Part shown: positions 9,797 through 20,284 of the stretch, in pieces
Numbering within the stretch: the first letter of the stretch is position 1
How the letters are laid out: each line of letters begins with the position of its first letter
Origin: Candidatus Binatia bacterium
GTDB lineage: Bacteria; Desulfobacterota; Binatia; Bin18
Direction: 5' to 3'
Assembly: GCA_963666315.2 (NCBI GenBank)
Contig: CAXXHG010000043.1
Location: forward strand, 128,001 to 192,000
Length of the DNA: 64,000 nucleotides
Position numbers and translations under genes: made by a program
The notes under the pieces: generated by a model
Told to the model about the DNA's origin: nothing
Database searches by the model: none
Seen by the model: the letters and a program-made list of their open reading frames with translations, nothing else

Positions 9797-10603
9797 CTAT
9801 GATGATGACTGCGCCCGGCCACGCTGTTGCACGCCCTCACGCCGGGCGGCGATGTCGTCCGGTGTAACTCCGCGGACCTGTTCACGCCAGACGGTCGCTT
9901 CAATTTGCAGGCCGTCATGCAAGGTTTGCGCATAGCCTGTGTTAATCACCCGCTTCATACTGCGCAGCATCTCGGGCACGCAGGACAACATGTCTTTTGC
10001 CAGCGCTCGACACGTCGGGACAAGCTCGTCGGGGGGAACCACACGATTCACCAACCCCCAGGATTCTGCCCGTTCTGCCGACAAAAAATTTCCAGTCAAC
10101 GAGAGTTCACGCGCGCGGTAGATGCCAATCACACGCGAGAGTTTCTGACTCAGCCCCCAGCCGGGCATCACACCCAGCCGAGCATGTGTGTCAGCAAAAC
10201 GCGCTTCGCTGGAAGCAATCAATACATCACACGCCAAGGCCAACTCGAATCCTCCGGTGATGGCAAAACCATTGATTGCACCAATGATCGGTCGGTCAAA
10301 CGCCTGCATAGTTTGCACGATATCCATACTACCTTGACTACCCGGACTACCCTGGGTCGGTTCTGACTCGCGCAGCGGGTCACTCGTGCGGCTGAGTTCC
10401 TTGAGATCCATACCAGCGCAAAACGCTCGGCCCGCTCCAGTCAGAATCACCACGTGGGTGCCCGTTTCCTTTTGCAGCATCTCAAATGCCTTCACAATTG
10501 CGAGGCGCAATTCACGCGATAAGGCATTCATGGCCTTGGGACGGTTCAAAGTCAGGGTAGCAATACCATCGGCTTTTTCAATCATTAAGACTGGTTCTGA
10601 CAT
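9797..10603 (-). CDS. Enoyl-CoA hydratase/isomerase family protein
   Basis: LNRPKAMNALS, AFCAGMDL, GGFELALACD, FADTHAR. Confidence 0.92.
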   Translation of the reverse strand: MSEPVLMIEKADGIATLTLNRPKAMNALSRELRLAIVKAFEMLQKETGTHVVILTGAGRAFCAGMDLKELSRTSDPLRESEPTQGSPGSQGSMDIVQTMQAFDRPIIGAINGFAITGGFELALACDVLIASSEARFADTHARLGVMPGWGLSQKLSRVIGIYRARELSLTGNFLSAERAESWGLVNRVVPPDELVPTCRALAKDMLSCVPEMLRSMKRVINTGYAQTLHDGLQIEATVWREQVRGVTPDDIAARREGVQQRGRAQSSS

Positions 10604-10749
10604 GGGAACTCCTCCCTCAGTTCAACAAAACGTTCCGGCGTTCTGGCCACTATGCCTTGAGCGAGACAGATCGCCAAGCGGCTTTTTTTAAGATCGCCTC
10701 AAAGATCGCTTCGAAAATCGATCTGAAAGCCGATGCCAAGGCCGCTTCA

Positions 10750-10778
10750 TTGACGCTAGCCACGTTCGTATCTACACT
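10750..10778 (+). promoter_or_regulatory. Putative sigma70 promoter TTGACG-N17-TACACT
   Basis: Near-consensus boxes with a 17-nt spacer upstream of the MFS gene. Confidence 0.55.
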
Positions 10779-10883
10779 CCTCTTCTTCTAAGCAGATGAG
10801 CAGATAAGGAGGATCGATATAGAAACCCACATGAAATTTATCTTCACTAAGGCAGACACCGCACATCGAGGCTAGGCGGGTTT

Positions 10884-12128
10884 TTGGAACAACAGAAACC
10901 CTATTCGCCTGTATCGGCCTTTTCCTATCCCAACTTTCAGCGCTATTGGGCCGCCCGGTTATGCGTCACGCTAGCCATTCAAATGCAGGCCGTGGCCATA
11001 GGCTGGCAGGTCTATAACCTCACCCGCAATCCGCTTGATTTGGGCCTTGTTGGACTTGCGCAATTCTTACCTTCGCTTGGTTTAGCGCTCATCACTGGCC
11101 ATGTGGCCGACCGTTATGACCGGCGGCGTGTATTGGCCGTGTGCATTGTCGTTGAGGTGATCTGCGCGCTGCTCTTCCTCGGCTTCACTGTACAGGGTGG
11201 CACAAATACGTTGTTTCTCTTTGGCGTGCTCGTTCTGTTTGGAACAGCACGCGCGTTCGAATTCCCGGCTTCGGTGTCCCTCATGCCCAATTTGGTGCCC
11301 CAACGTCTTTTCACCAATGCTGCGGCGTGGAGTTCGTCTGCGTGGCAATCGGCAACTATTGCGGGCCCAGCAATCGGCGGCTTGCTGTACGCGGTCGGGC
11401 CGGAGGTTGTGTACGGCTGCTGTGCATTGATGTTCAGCGTTTCCATCCTCCTGGTCAGTATTATTCATATTGGGCCACGAACGGTCGAACAGAAAGCTCA
11501 GACGTGGAAGTCACTTGTCGCCGGGATTTCTTTTATCCGGAGTCAGCCGGTTGTACTAGGCGCGGTGTCTCTCGATCTGTTTGCTGTGCTATTAGGCGGG
11601 GCAACGGCACTGCTGCCCATCTATGCACGCGATATTTTGCACGTTGGCCCCTGGGGACTTGGCATCCTACGTAGCGCACCGGCGCTTGGCGCGCTGGTGA
11701 CTGCCGTCATCATGGCCCGCCGACCTATTCAGCATCATGCAGGCGTTATTTTGCTCGGAACGGTGGGGATATTTGGGTTGTCCATCGTAGGCTTTGGGCT
11801 GTCGCGGAACTTATGGTTGTCCCTTGTCATGCTCATCATACTCGGCGCGTCGGATATGGTCAGCGTAGTGATTCGCCGGGTCTTGGTTTTAGTCAAGACT
11901 CCAGACCAGATGCGGGGTCGGGTGAGTGCGGTGGAGTCGGTTTTTATTGGCGGATCAAACGAACTCGGGGAATTTGAGTCCGGCGTAACCGCAGCGTGGT
12001 TCGGCGTTGTACCGGCGGTGATCCTGGGTGGTCTCGGAACACTCGCGATAGTTGGATTGTGGGCACGCATTTTCCCGCAATTGCGGCAGGTTGATTCTTT
12101 GGAGGAAGAGGCAACAGGAGACCCATAG
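10884..12128 (+). CDS. MFS transporter (EntS-like)
   Basis: Multiple hydrophobic TM segments; GHVADRYDRRR, LDLFAVLLGGATALLP, RGRVSAV, GGSNELGEFESG. Confidence 0.9.
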   Translation: MEQQKPYSPVSAFSYPNFQRYWAARLCVTLAIQMQAVAIGWQVYNLTRNPLDLGLVGLAQFLPSLGLALITGHVADRYDRRRVLAVCIVVEVICALLFLGFTVQGGTNTLFLFGVLVLFGTARAFEFPASVSLMPNLVPQRLFTNAAAWSSSAWQSATIAGPAIGGLLYAVGPEVVYGCCALMFSVSILLVSIIHIGPRTVEQKAQTWKSLVAGISFIRSQPVVLGAVSLDLFAVLLGGATALLPIYARDILHVGPWGLGILRSAPALGALVTAVIMARRPIQHHAGVILLGTVGIFGLSIVGFGLSRNLWLSLVMLIILGASDMVSVVIRRVLVLVKTPDQMRGRVSAVESVFIGGSNELGEFESGVTAAWFGVVPAVILGGLGTLAIVGLWARIFPQLRQVDSLEEEATGDP

Positions 12129-12190
12129 ATGTTGATTTCCCATAGGGACTATGTTTCCCATAACATCCTGACCGAAGCAATGGAGGGGAT

Positions 12191-13207
12191 ATGAAACTCG
12201 ATAGCCTGATGACTGCTCGCTCGCTCGACGAAGCCATCGCCATAGCGCGGAACGCAGAAGACATGGGCTTTGACAGCGTGTGGAGTATGGAGAACCAGCA
12301 CGATCCCTTCCTGTCTCTCGCAGTCGCGGCGACTTCAACCACCAAGCTCAAACTCGGAACGGCGATTGCCCTGGCTTTCCCGCGCAGCCCCATGTCTTTT
12401 GCCTATACGGCTTGGGACCTCCAACGCGCCTCAAACGGGCGCTTCATCCTCGGACTCGGCACCCAAGTCAAAGGCCATAACCAACGCCGCTATAGCGTAA
12501 AGTGGGAATCTCCTGGTCCGAAGTTACGGGAAATTGTTCTCGCTCTACGCGCCATTTGGGACTGCTGGCAGAACGGGACCAAGCTGGATTTTCAGGGCCA
12601 ATTTTTTAGCCATACACTCATGACTCCAGCTTTTTCACCAAGCAAGATCAAACATCCACATATTCCAATTTATATCGCCGGTGTGAATCCATATATGTGC
12701 CGTCTGGCCGGCGAGTTGTGTGACGGCTTTCATGCCCACCCCTTTCACTCAGCGAAATTTCTACGCGAACGCGTACTTCCCCAGATAGAAGAAGGCGCCC
12801 AAAGGGCCGGCCGGAGCCGTAAAGACGTGGTGGTCTCAACCTCATCCTTTGTGATTATGGGTGACAGCCAAAAAGAGAGAGATGAGATGCGTGAGAAGGT
12901 GCGCATGCAGATTGCCTTTTATGCTTCGACACGGACGTATAAGCCCGTCCTCGATGTGCATGGCTGGGGCGACGTCTGCCAGAGCCTGAACGAGAAAGCG
13001 TCCAAAGGCGAGTGGGCAGCCATGGCCAAAGATGTCACGGACGAGATGCTTGAGGAGTATGCGATAACCGGCTCACCGGACGAGGTATCCGCCATGCTCA
13101 AGGCCAAATATGACGGGTTGCTGGATCGAGTAGCATTCTACCATCCAGATCGACCAGGAGTGAATGATGCGCGTTGGCGCAAAATTGTCGAAGCATTTTA
13201 CACGTAA
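12191..13207 (+). CDS. LLM-class putative F420-dependent oxidoreductase (TIGR03617-like)
   Basis: HDPFLSLA, ALAFPRSP, GLGTQVKGH, HTLMTPAF, QIAFYASTRTY. Confidence 0.9.
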   Translation: MKLDSLMTARSLDEAIAIARNAEDMGFDSVWSMENQHDPFLSLAVAATSTTKLKLGTAIALAFPRSPMSFAYTAWDLQRASNGRFILGLGTQVKGHNQRRYSVKWESPGPKLREIVLALRAIWDCWQNGTKLDFQGQFFSHTLMTPAFSPSKIKHPHIPIYIAGVNPYMCRLAGELCDGFHAHPFHSAKFLRERVLPQIEEGAQRAGRSRKDVVVSTSSFVIMGDSQKERDEMREKVRMQIAFYASTRTYKPVLDVHGWGDVCQSLNEKASKGEWAAMAKDVTDEMLEEYAITGSPDEVSAMLKAKYDGLLDRVAFYHPDRPGVNDARWRKIVEAFYT

Positions 13208-13236
13208 ACGGCAAATCCAATAACAGGAGGGATACT

Positions 13237-13768
13237 ATGGCAATCTCACTAGGCGATATCAGCATCCCGCGTGTGGTCGAAATGGAAGGTCCGCTGATGG
13301 AACCACAGATGCTCTTGCCAGACGCGACGGCGGAAGGGATGACTAGGCATAAACACTGGCTGGCTCCACAGTTTGTGGCTGAGAATGGCAAGCTCAGCAT
13401 AAGTATTCAGACCTAAGTGGTAAAAACGCGCCATCACACCGTTCTGGTTGACGGCGACCACGCCATTGACGATGAGATGCATCTGTCACCCTCAGCCCGG
13501 CCACACCCCCGGTCACGTGTGCCTGCACCTGCAATGTGGCGGGAAAAAAGCTATGATGCCCGGCGACATGATGCACTATCCGGTCCAGTGCTCTGAGCCA
13601 CAGTGGAGCAGCGGTTTTTGTGTTGATCCGGTACAGTCGGCGGCAACGCGGCGCAGCTTCCTTGAGGCCTATTCTGATCAGGAAGTGATCGTCTTAGCCG
13701 CTCACTTTTTGGCACCCGACGGCGGGCGCATTGTGCCGAACGGAGATACCTGGAAGTTGCAAGTGTAG
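13237..13768 (+). pseudogene. MBL-fold metallo-hydrolase remnant
   Basis: In-frame TAA at 13414, internal deletion joining TVLVD to GDHAIDD (HxHxDH motif absent), retains PGHTPGH and AAHF. Confidence 0.85.
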
Positions 13769-13832
13769 TGAGCCGTAATCAGGTAGAATCGTTCGTTTCA
13801 AAGCTCATCGGTCTGAGAAAAGGAGGCCCCAC

Positions 13833-14843
13833 ATGCGTGCATGGCAAATCAGTCAAGAGTTTGGCATTGACAACCTGAAACTGACCGACCAGCCTGACCC
13901 GGAACCCGGATACGGTCAGATTGCCATCCGGGTTCAGGCCACCTCGCTTAATTACCGCGACCTCATGACAGTCAAATATGGCGGCATGCGAGGTCTCAAA
14001 CAGCCGCTTATTCCATTGTCCGATGGGGCTGGTGAAGTTGTTGCGATTGGTCAAGACGTCACTCGTCTCAAACCGGGTGATAGGGTAGCCGGCATTTTCT
14101 TTCAAAACTGGCTGGCAGGTGGATCGGATGCATCCCATGCTGCCTCGGCGTTGGGTGGTGCGCTGGATGGCATGCTCGCCGAGCAGGTGGTGCTGCATGA
14201 AAACGGCGTGGTCGCGATTCCAGATTATATGACCTATGAAGACGCGGCCTCCTTGCCTTGTGCGGCAGTCACCGCATGGCAGAGCATGGTCACCCTGGGC
14301 AATATGAAGGCCGGGCAAACTATTTTGATTCTTGGGACTGGTGGGGTTTCTATCTTTGCCCTTCAGTTTGCCAAAGCCGCCGGTGTCCGCGCCATCATTA
14401 CGTCGAGCAGTGATGAAAAGCTCGAACGTGCTAAAGATCTCGGCGCATCGGAGGTAATCAACTATAGGACTACGCCGCAGTGGGGCAAAAAAGTTTTAGA
14501 ACTTACAGACGGCATCGGCGTTGATCAGGTTGTCGAAGTGGGTGGAGCCGGCACTCTGGCCCAATCTATGGAAGCTACACGTGTAGGCGGCATGATCGGC
14601 TTGATCGGAATCTTGGCCGGGACTGATGGGGAAGTGAACCCTGTCCCGGTACTGATGAAGAGCCTTCGTCTGCAGGGTGTGTATGTCGGCTCGCGTGAGA
14701 TGTTTGAGGATATGAATGCAGCTATGACGGTAAATCAGATCAAGCCCGTGATTGATAAGGTCTATCCCTTTGAAGAAGCTCGCCAAGCGCTCACGCTTAT
14801 GGAAGGCGCGTCGCACTTTGGCAAGATTGTGATCACGGGGTAA
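13833..14843 (+). CDS. NAD(P)-dependent MDR-family oxidoreductase (zinc-type ADH-like)
   Basis: SLNYRDL, IPLSDGAGEV, LPCAAVTAW, GTGGVS, HFGKIVI. Confidence 0.92.
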   Translation: MRAWQISQEFGIDNLKLTDQPDPEPGYGQIAIRVQATSLNYRDLMTVKYGGMRGLKQPLIPLSDGAGEVVAIGQDVTRLKPGDRVAGIFFQNWLAGGSDASHAASALGGALDGMLAEQVVLHENGVVAIPDYMTYEDAASLPCAAVTAWQSMVTLGNMKAGQTILILGTGGVSIFALQFAKAAGVRAIITSSSDEKLERAKDLGASEVINYRTTPQWGKKVLELTDGIGVDQVVEVGGAGTLAQSMEATRVGGMIGLIGILAGTDGEVNPVPVLMKSLRLQGVYVGSREMFEDMNAAMTVNQIKPVIDKVYPFEEARQALTLMEGASHFGKIVITG

Positions 14844-14857
14844 AAGCCGATACAGTG

Positions 14858-14886
14858 CTAGGGGTGACCGGGCGGTCGCTGTATAC
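14858..14886 (+). repeat. Degenerate REP-like palindrome
   Basis: cTAGGGGTGACCgggcGGTCGCtgTATAC between convergent genes. Confidence 0.4.
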
Positions 14887-14900
14887 AGCATACCGTGCCG

Positions 14901-15473
14901 CTACAATTCAGAAACCTCCTCATACCGAAAACAATCCGTCGTATGATCATTCACCATCCCGGTAGCCTGTATAAACGCGTAACAGATTGTCGATCCCACA
15001 AAAGAGAAGCCGCGCTTTTTGAGGGCCTTACTCATCGCATCAGACTCAGACGTGTGAGCGGGTATGCCCTTCAGTGACCGCCGTGCATTTTTCCGAGGAC
15101 TCCCATCGAAAAATTGCCAAATGTACACATCAAAGCTGCCAAACTCCTTTTGTATGCTCAGAAAGGCTTTGGCATTCTTGATTGTTGACTCGACCTTGAG
15201 GCGATTTCGGACAATGCCAGGGCCGGCGAGTAGTTTCGCGGCCTTGCGCGGCGTGTAGCACGCCACGCGAGTCGGATCGAAATTGTCGAAGACTTTTCGA
15301 TAGTGAACGCGTTTCCTGAGGACGGTATCCCAGCTTAGGCCAGCTTGTGCACCTTCGAGAATCAGAAATTCGAACAGCGTTCGTTCGTCATGGACAGGCA
15401 CTCCCCACTCTTCATCATGATACTGGATGGCGAGTTCATTCTTTGCCCACGTGCAGCGTTTGATAGATTCCAT
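14901..15473 (-). CDS. tag: DNA-3-methyladenine glycosylase I
   Basis: RCTWA, YHDEEWGVP, LEGAQAGLSW, VNDHTTDCF. Confidence 0.95.
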   Translation of the reverse strand: MESIKRCTWAKNELAIQYHDEEWGVPVHDERTLFEFLILEGAQAGLSWDTVLRKRVHYRKVFDNFDPTRVACYTPRKAAKLLAGPGIVRNRLKVESTIKNAKAFLSIQKEFGSFDVYIWQFFDGSPRKNARRSLKGIPAHTSESDAMSKALKKRGFSFVGSTICYAFIQATGMVNDHTTDCFRYEEVSEL

Positions 15474-15621
15474 CTAGTCTTCCTCTGCGCCTTCCGCGCT
15501 AGGATACCTATTCCTTTCCCCTTCTTATGCCAGCACCAGCTTGAGTGCTATAATCAGTCGCAGCACAGGTGCCGGAGGAGTCCCCTCTGTTTAGCGAACG
15601 TGCTAAAATTAGCGGGCGCGG

Positions 15622-16856
15622 ATGCAATATGAAACCCTTGTCCAAGAAGACCGCGTTCGTGCCTCACTCTATACCAATTCGCAAATACTCTAGGTCGAAC
15701 TCGAAAAGATCCTCTATAAGGTCTGGGTCTTTGTTGGACGCGAGAGTGAGATTTCGTATTTCGCAGATTTTTTTATCTGGACCATTGGCTGCCAACCGGT
15801 CATTGCGAGCCGGGGCAAAGATAAGAATATTTCAATTTTTCTCGATCGCTGTGCTCACCGAGGCACGGCAGTCTGCACTGTTGAACGCCGCAATGCGAGG
15901 TATTTCGTGTATCCGTACCATAGCTGGATGTATGATTTGAACCACGCGCTGACCAGCGTACCGAATCCCTGTACGTATGGACAAGACTTCAAGCAAAAAG
16001 ATCATGGACTCCCGCGTTCGGCTCGGTGCGAAAGCTATCCTGGGGTTATTTTTGTCAGCTTGAGCCGAAATGGTTCGTCGTTAGACGTGCATTTAAGGAG
16101 TGCTAGAAAACTGATCGACCGCTCATGTGATTTATCACCCGGAGGTTAAATTGAGCTCAGTGCCGGCTAGCTCAAGGATCGGTATCATTCTAACTGGGAG
16201 ATGACACAGGAGAACAACACGGACGACCATCATCTCGGCATTACCTATGGGGCCTTTTTCAAAGTCGCTGGTACACGATATGCCCGTTTTGTGGGGGAAG
16301 AGTATAGTATAAAAGTTGTACTGCGTAATTGGGATAGTGGACACAGCGAGATTGAGTTGGCGCACGGGTACCAACGCCCGTCTGATCGGTGTGGTAGGGG
16401 TTCAGAAACAAAGTTTGCCGCGTACTTGTCTGCTGTGGAAAAAAGCCACGGTAAGGCAAGCACCCAGCAACGGATTTTTTGACGGACCATCCAGCACATT
16501 GATTTTCGCCAATTTATTTTTAGGCGAAATAAACATTCTCTTTTTTAGAGCAAGTAGTGTGAATGAAGCCGTGCAGTGGCATACTTCTATATTTCTCAAA
16601 GGTGTTTCAAAAGCGGAACCTGGACATGTTGCGCCACAGCGAAGTCGTCAGGCGTCTTTTATCTTGCCGAAGACGAACGATTGCCGGTCGAAATAAGATG
16701 GGGTTCTAGGCCTGAAAACGAGGCTCGCGGGATTTACGCCGTGGAATGTATCGGGAAGGACTCGTCAGCAAAGGCAGCCGGGTGCCGTACTTTACCGACG
16801 AGACGACTAATCCTGGCTTTTGGCGGCACTACAGACATCTGACGATGCAAGCATAA
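15622..16856 (+). pseudogene. Rieske ring-hydroxylating dioxygenase alpha subunit, heavily decayed
   Basis: MQYETLVQEDRVRASLYT...*...VWVFVGRESEI, RCAHRG...(C>Y)PYHSW, ENNTDDHH, WRHYRHL; many stops and frameshifts. Confidence 0.85.
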
Positions 16857-16859
16857 ATC

Positions 16860-17367
16860 GAAGAGAGTCGTCGACAGGACGTCCGACACCGAATATCGCA
16901 CGATCGAAGCCTTTATCCACAAAGAAGCCCGGCTGGCAAACGAGTCACACCAAGACAAATGGGATGCTCTGTAGGACGATGACGCCTTCCATTGGGTGCC
17001 CGCCTCATCGATCGACAACGTCAATCCCGAACGCAAGATTTTACACATTTATGACAACCGGCCTCGCATTGTGATACGGATGAGGCTGCTCCAAAGCGGA
17101 CTTCACCATAGTCAAGCGCCAGGGTTTCCGATGCGGCGCCTGATCTGGAACATTAAAGTCGAGAAAGCTAACGTCGGCGACTGTATCCCGGACTCTAACT
17201 TTTCGTTACTCGAACTCTCCATACAAGCCCAACAGGAAACACATCTCTGGGCCGGTCGAATTATTTACAAACTACGTCAAGTCGATGAAAATCTCAAAAT
17301 GTTTTGGAAACAGGCACTTCTCGGCGACGCAGCTGAAGCACCGCAAAACTTGACGTTTCTGGTTTAA
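16860..17367 (+). pseudogene. Ring-hydroxylating dioxygenase beta subunit, decayed
   Basis: IEAFIHKEARLANE...AL*DDDAFHWVP, HIYDNR, QNLTFLV; start approximate. Confidence 0.8.
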
Positions 17368-17408
17368 AGAGGTCGGAGCTTACGCTACGCGTACGATTAT
17401 CCGCCCCC

Positions 17409-19781
17409 TCACGGCAATGGCCCATCTTTCAAAAACCCTCGAATCACATTCTCGGTTAGGCGGGACACATTATTGTCGTAGTTATTGTGTGACAGACTGC
17501 CGCACCATGCCATTGAGCTAGCAGAGAACACAGCCCCGTCGTTTGGGGTTTTGAAATATACCATGTCAGCGCGGATATAGGGATTTTGATCGCCGGTACC
17601 GCCTGCCGCGAAATACCCACGGGCGTTGAAGGTCGATTCTTCTGAGACTGTAACAAAGATGTCATTATGCCCCTCGGAATGAGCGAGGAGCAATGCGTTA
17701 TGCGGAGTGCCAAGTTCTAGGTCGTAACGGTCCAGCTCAAGCCCGGCGGCGCCGCCACCGACTAGGCCGAAATTACCAATCGGCTCATCCTCGCCTATGC
17801 CTTCGAACATCCAAGAACATTCAGGGCGAAAACTGTCCGGCGCGCGACGGTAGTAGCTCGAGGCGGTCAGCCCAAACGACGTGAAGCTTACCCCGGTCAG
17901 CTTGCTCATATTTCGGCCCCTTACCCGCCACAGACCGCCGTGTTTTCCGTCAAAGGCATTACAGTATTCACCTGGATTCATCGTCCAGGCTCGCGTACCG
18001 TTATCTCCTTTGCGGACCTCTATAATACCGGGATTATCGGGATGAAAGACTGTACACCAGTAAAAGCCATTGGCTGCCAGATAGAGCCAGCGGCCGCCTT
18101 GCTCCTGGTAGGCCTCATAGGCATCCAGCATCTCTTCCGAGCAGTACTCAGGATGATGACAGGTTAGCACCACACGGTACTGCTTGAGCAGCTCAACCCC
18201 TTCGAGCTGGAGATCTTCATCAGTATGGATGTCAAAATCAAATTCCATAGTTTCGAGCCAGTCGGTGAGATGCAAGTCTGCATTGAGCTGCCACACGGAG
18301 GGGGAGAGGACATGAGAATATTTGGGCCGCATGTTCAAAATAGGCCGCAGTCGTGACGAGAAGTGCACACCCCAACCGTCGCTATGAACGGTGTAGGTGC
18401 CATACCCATAGCCGTCTTTTTCTTGCAGTAGGAGATCGCCTGGCTGCATAAGTGGAACGCGGCCGGTAAGCAATTGAGCGACCTGCGAATCCGCACTCAG
18501 GTTTTCATTGGCATACGCCATATAACTCGCAGTGGGAATAATCACCGCGATCTTAGCTGTTGGTTTTCCAGTTGGGGGTCGGACGAAGAAGGGAATATAG
18601 TCCTCACTGCCAGCAGTAACCCGACCTCCCAAACACAGACGAGCGGCATAAACCCCGCTTTTCATTGTTTCGGGAATGGTCAGTTCGAAATCCACGTCCC
18701 AGCGAGCATCGTCGACCGCATCATCATGAAAGTGAATCGCACTGTACTCTTGGGGCGCGGCAGCAAAGCTCATATAGTCGGAAGTCCAGTTGTGGCCGGG
18801 CATGCCCCGCGCCGGCAGGTTGATACAGTGACCGTGTAGGCGATGCAACGAGTCGTCTAGCACCTGAGTCGAGGCAGCATTGGGCACAATATTCGCCGCA
18901 AAGTCCCAGGACGCTACGACAGCGGGTCGTAGATCCGTAGGTAACGGCCGTGGTCCTCGCAGGACGCTTTCGATTTCAGCACGCTCGAGTACACGATTGG
19001 CAATAGCCGGACGCTCGATGCGACCGTTGAATTTTGCTCCGTGCTCAGGAATCTCAACCGGCGATAGTATGTGTTTGAAATGGCCGCCGCATATGTAGCG
19101 GCCAGAGTGAGCTTGTATTGTTGCTGCGGCAATGAGAATGGGGCAGTCATTCGTAGCTGGTACTTGGGGTGAGCCTCGTAGGTCCACTTCAGTCGAGGTT
19201 TCTTCAATCGGGTGCACCAACCGCATCCCGTGGCCGCTATTGGTACTCGTCACAATCGGCTGTTGAAAGAGTCTCACCTTTCCGGTCGTGGCGTTAAAGT
19301 TAGCAGCCGCGAGATACCATACCTTGCGGAACATCGGTTTGCCCGAAGAAAAGCGCTCGACCGCGCCCGTCCCCCGGCCAATCCACAATGCCAGCTTGCC
19401 TTGCTCATCAATAAACAACCCATACCCAGTTTCATCTGGCTCGGACCATTTTGTCACAATACCTTGGATCCCCTTTGGCATTGTGGGGAAGATAAGCGCC
19501 ATGAGGGTGAAGCTACTCAGGTCAAACTGCGCATCGTGTGGAACACAAATATATGACCCAGCATGGACAGCTTGGTGACGGCCGGGATATTCACCAGTCA
19601 CCATGGTCTCAATCTCTTCTTCTTTATAGCCGGGTCCGTCTGGATTAGTATCCCCATGGATGAGCCGAATGATGTCGGCCTGGTATGATTCACTCCGTTC
19701 AGAGTGGACATAAAACCGGATCGTCTGTCCGGGTTGAACAGAAATACGGTCACTATAACCAGTGACACCAAGCGTTGTCAT
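17409..19781 (-). CDS. dmfA2: N,N-dimethylformamidase large subunit family protein
   Basis: GYSDRISV, RLIHGDTNPDGPG, AIHFHDD, SYMAYANE, TYTVHSDG, LRPILNMRP, HPEY, GLELDR, YDNNVSR. Confidence 0.9.
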   Translation of the reverse strand: MTTLGVTGYSDRISVQPGQTIRFYVHSERSESYQADIIRLIHGDTNPDGPGYKEEEIETMVTGEYPGRHQAVHAGSYICVPHDAQFDLSSFTLMALIFPTMPKGIQGIVTKWSEPDETGYGLFIDEQGKLALWIGRGTGAVERFSSGKPMFRKVWYLAAANFNATTGKVRLFQQPIVTSTNSGHGMRLVHPIEETSTEVDLRGSPQVPATNDCPILIAAATIQAHSGRYICGGHFKHILSPVEIPEHGAKFNGRIERPAIANRVLERAEIESVLRGPRPLPTDLRPAVVASWDFAANIVPNAASTQVLDDSLHRLHGHCINLPARGMPGHNWTSDYMSFAAAPQEYSAIHFHDDAVDDARWDVDFELTIPETMKSGVYAARLCLGGRVTAGSEDYIPFFVRPPTGKPTAKIAVIIPTASYMAYANENLSADSQVAQLLTGRVPLMQPGDLLLQEKDGYGYGTYTVHSDGWGVHFSSRLRPILNMRPKYSHVLSPSVWQLNADLHLTDWLETMEFDFDIHTDEDLQLEGVELLKQYRVVLTCHHPEYCSEEMLDAYEAYQEQGGRWLYLAANGFYWCTVFHPDNPGIIEVRKGDNGTRAWTMNPGEYCNAFDGKHGGLWRVRGRNMSKLTGVSFTSFGLTASSYYRRAPDSFRPECSWMFEGIGEDEPIGNFGLVGGGAAGLELDRYDLELGTPHNALLLAHSEGHNDIFVTVSEESTFNARGYFAAGGTGDQNPYIRADMVYFKTPNDGAVFSASSMAWCGSLSHNNYDNNVSRLTENVIRGFLKDGPLP

Positions 19782-19861
19782 ACATCTCTCCTATTTTTTC
19801 TCACCCGACGGAAAACGCTGTCTTGCCGGCGAAAATAGATGCCTAGATCTGAGGGAAGTTC

Positions 19862-20284
19862 CTAGTCTTTGATCCCGTACGCTTCAAGCAATGCGTCTAG
19901 ACGTTTGAGGAAAATAGCGTGCTCTGCTTCTTCGCGAGTTGGATATGCTTCGTCCGTAATCGCAACAGATTGGCCACGTACGCCGGGAAGGACACCGATA
20001 CGATATTCCTCCCAGGGCTTAGTCTCGACAATGATGTGTTTGCCTTGTTGCGGCACGACGCGCAAGCGGTCTAGCAGACGAGCAAGCTCAGGACTGTCTA
20101 TGGGAGCAGGCTTGCCGGGCTGAGCGGCTTCGTAAATCGGTCGGGCGCGATGTTCGGCGATCAACACCGCACGGTGTTCGCGATCATTGAGGGCCGGGAG
20201 AAGATACATGCGGGTATTATAGTCATCCACTGCGCGGTAGGCGTAATCCTCTTGAAGGGCAGTCTTTTCCGGCTTGTTCTCCAT
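19862..20284 (-). CDS. dmfA1: N,N-dimethylformamidase small subunit family protein
   Basis: IAEHRARP...SPELARLL...GKH...YRIG...EEAEHAIFLKR; directly upstream of the large subunit. Confidence 0.8.
   Translation of the reverse strand: MENKPEKTALQEDYAYRAVDDYNTRMYLLPALNDREHRAVLIAEHRARPIYEAAQPGKPAPIDSPELARLLDRLRVVPQQGKHIIVETKPWEEYRIGVLPGVRGQSVAITDEAYPTREEAEHAIFLKRLDALLEAYGIKD

Noticed and set aside
15591-15606. TTAGC-N6-GCTAA palindrome upstream of the dioxygenase pseudogene
   Set aside because: 5-bp arms are expected by chance and no regulator is adjacent
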